From Haplodiscus bocki (Eukaryota): a stretch of DNA of 64,000 nucleotides. The position numbers were made by a program, and so were the translations under genes. The notes beneath the pieces were generated by a model. That model did not search any database. It saw only the letters and a list, made by a program, of their open reading frames with translations, and had not been told where the DNA came from. Where the stretch lies: positions 66,030,001-66,094,000 of the forward strand of contig OZ296657.1 of assembly GCA_965655095.1 (NCBI GenBank), in the 5' to 3' direction. The stretch's first letter is position 1, and the number at the start of each line of letters is the position of its first letter. Below are positions 63,600-64,000 of the stretch, one piece after another.

Positions 63600-64000
63600 A
63601 TGAGTTCGAAGTCCAATTCAAGCTTGGAAGAAAAGTGGAGACTGGTACCTGCGTTTTTGGAAAACCGTGGGTTGGTACATCAACATCTGGATAGTTTCAA
63701 TCATTTTATCAATATCGATATCCATAAAATACTCTCTGCGAATCAGAAACTAGCATGCGAAGCAGATGTCAATTGGTATTTGAAATACTTGAGTATTAAA
63801 GTTGGCCATCCTGACAGTGAAGAAGGCTATGGAATTAAAAAGAGCATTACTCCACATGAGTGTAGATTGCGAGATATGACGTACGCAGCTCCAGTGTACG
63901 TAGATATTGAGTATCTGAAGGGAACACAGCGAGTAATCCGCCAAGATTTGCTGCTTGCGCGAATTCCCATCATGCTAAAAAGCAGTAACTGTGTTTTGCA
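63600..64000 (+). CDS. POLR3B: DNA-directed RNA polymerase III second-largest subunit RPC2, 5' part (runs off window)
   Basis: Stop-free frame from ATG 63600 (in-frame TAA upstream at 63576): [133 protein letters not shown]. EKWRLxPAFL, QHx[21 protein letters not shown] and PIMLxSSNCVL match the RPC2 N-terminus. Absent from the ORF track because no stop falls in the window. Confidence 0.96.
   Translation, partial: MSSKSNSSLEEKWRLVPAFLENRGLVHQHLDSFNHFINIDIHKILSANQKLACEADVNWYLKYLSIKVGHPDSEEGYGIKKSITPHECRLRDMTYAAPVYVDIEYLKGTQRVIRQDLLLARIPIMLKSSNCVL

Noticed and set aside
63750-63944. Minus-strand 64-aa ORF
   Set aside because: Antisense shadow of POLR3B.
1-64000. tRNA, rRNA or other structured RNA genes
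   Set aside because: None recognisable by eye; tRNAscan-SE or Infernal would be needed to exclude them.

Overview
AT-rich eukaryotic (metazoan-like) DNA that is almost entirely a graveyard of nested, heavily decayed mobile elements; most ORF-track ORFs are fragments or shadows. All family calls come from my manual translation and remembered motif consensus, not from database searches, and element boundaries are approximate. Left to right: Ty3/Gypsy LTR-retrotransposon relics (1-5.6 kb, 13.9-21 kb, 33.7-35.7 kb, 42.7-45.5 kb); a broken chuvirus-G-like (class III) envelope gene (7.4-8.9 kb); an unexplained ancient ~350-bp/~1.2-kb repeat array (24.9-29.6 kb); a Polinton/Maverick (adintovirus-like) relic with integrase, cysteine protease, major capsid and protein-primed PolB (29.7-42.2 kb); possible TARG1/OARD1-like macrodomain remnants behind a Gypsy pol; a nearly intact baculovirus-F/errantivirus-like (class I) env (51.6-53.6 kb); CR1/L2- and RTE-like LINEs; a TIR element with a target-site duplication; and a Helentron-associated (HINE/DINE-1-like) element. 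The only clear host gene is the 5' end of RNA polymerase III subunit RPC2 (POLR3B), from 63600 to beyond the window edge. The repertoire reminds me of acoel worm genomes (unverified). The best candidate for something new is retrovirus-like elements carrying two unrelated fusogen classes plus macrodomain cargo, alongside an endogenous capsid-encoding DNA virus.
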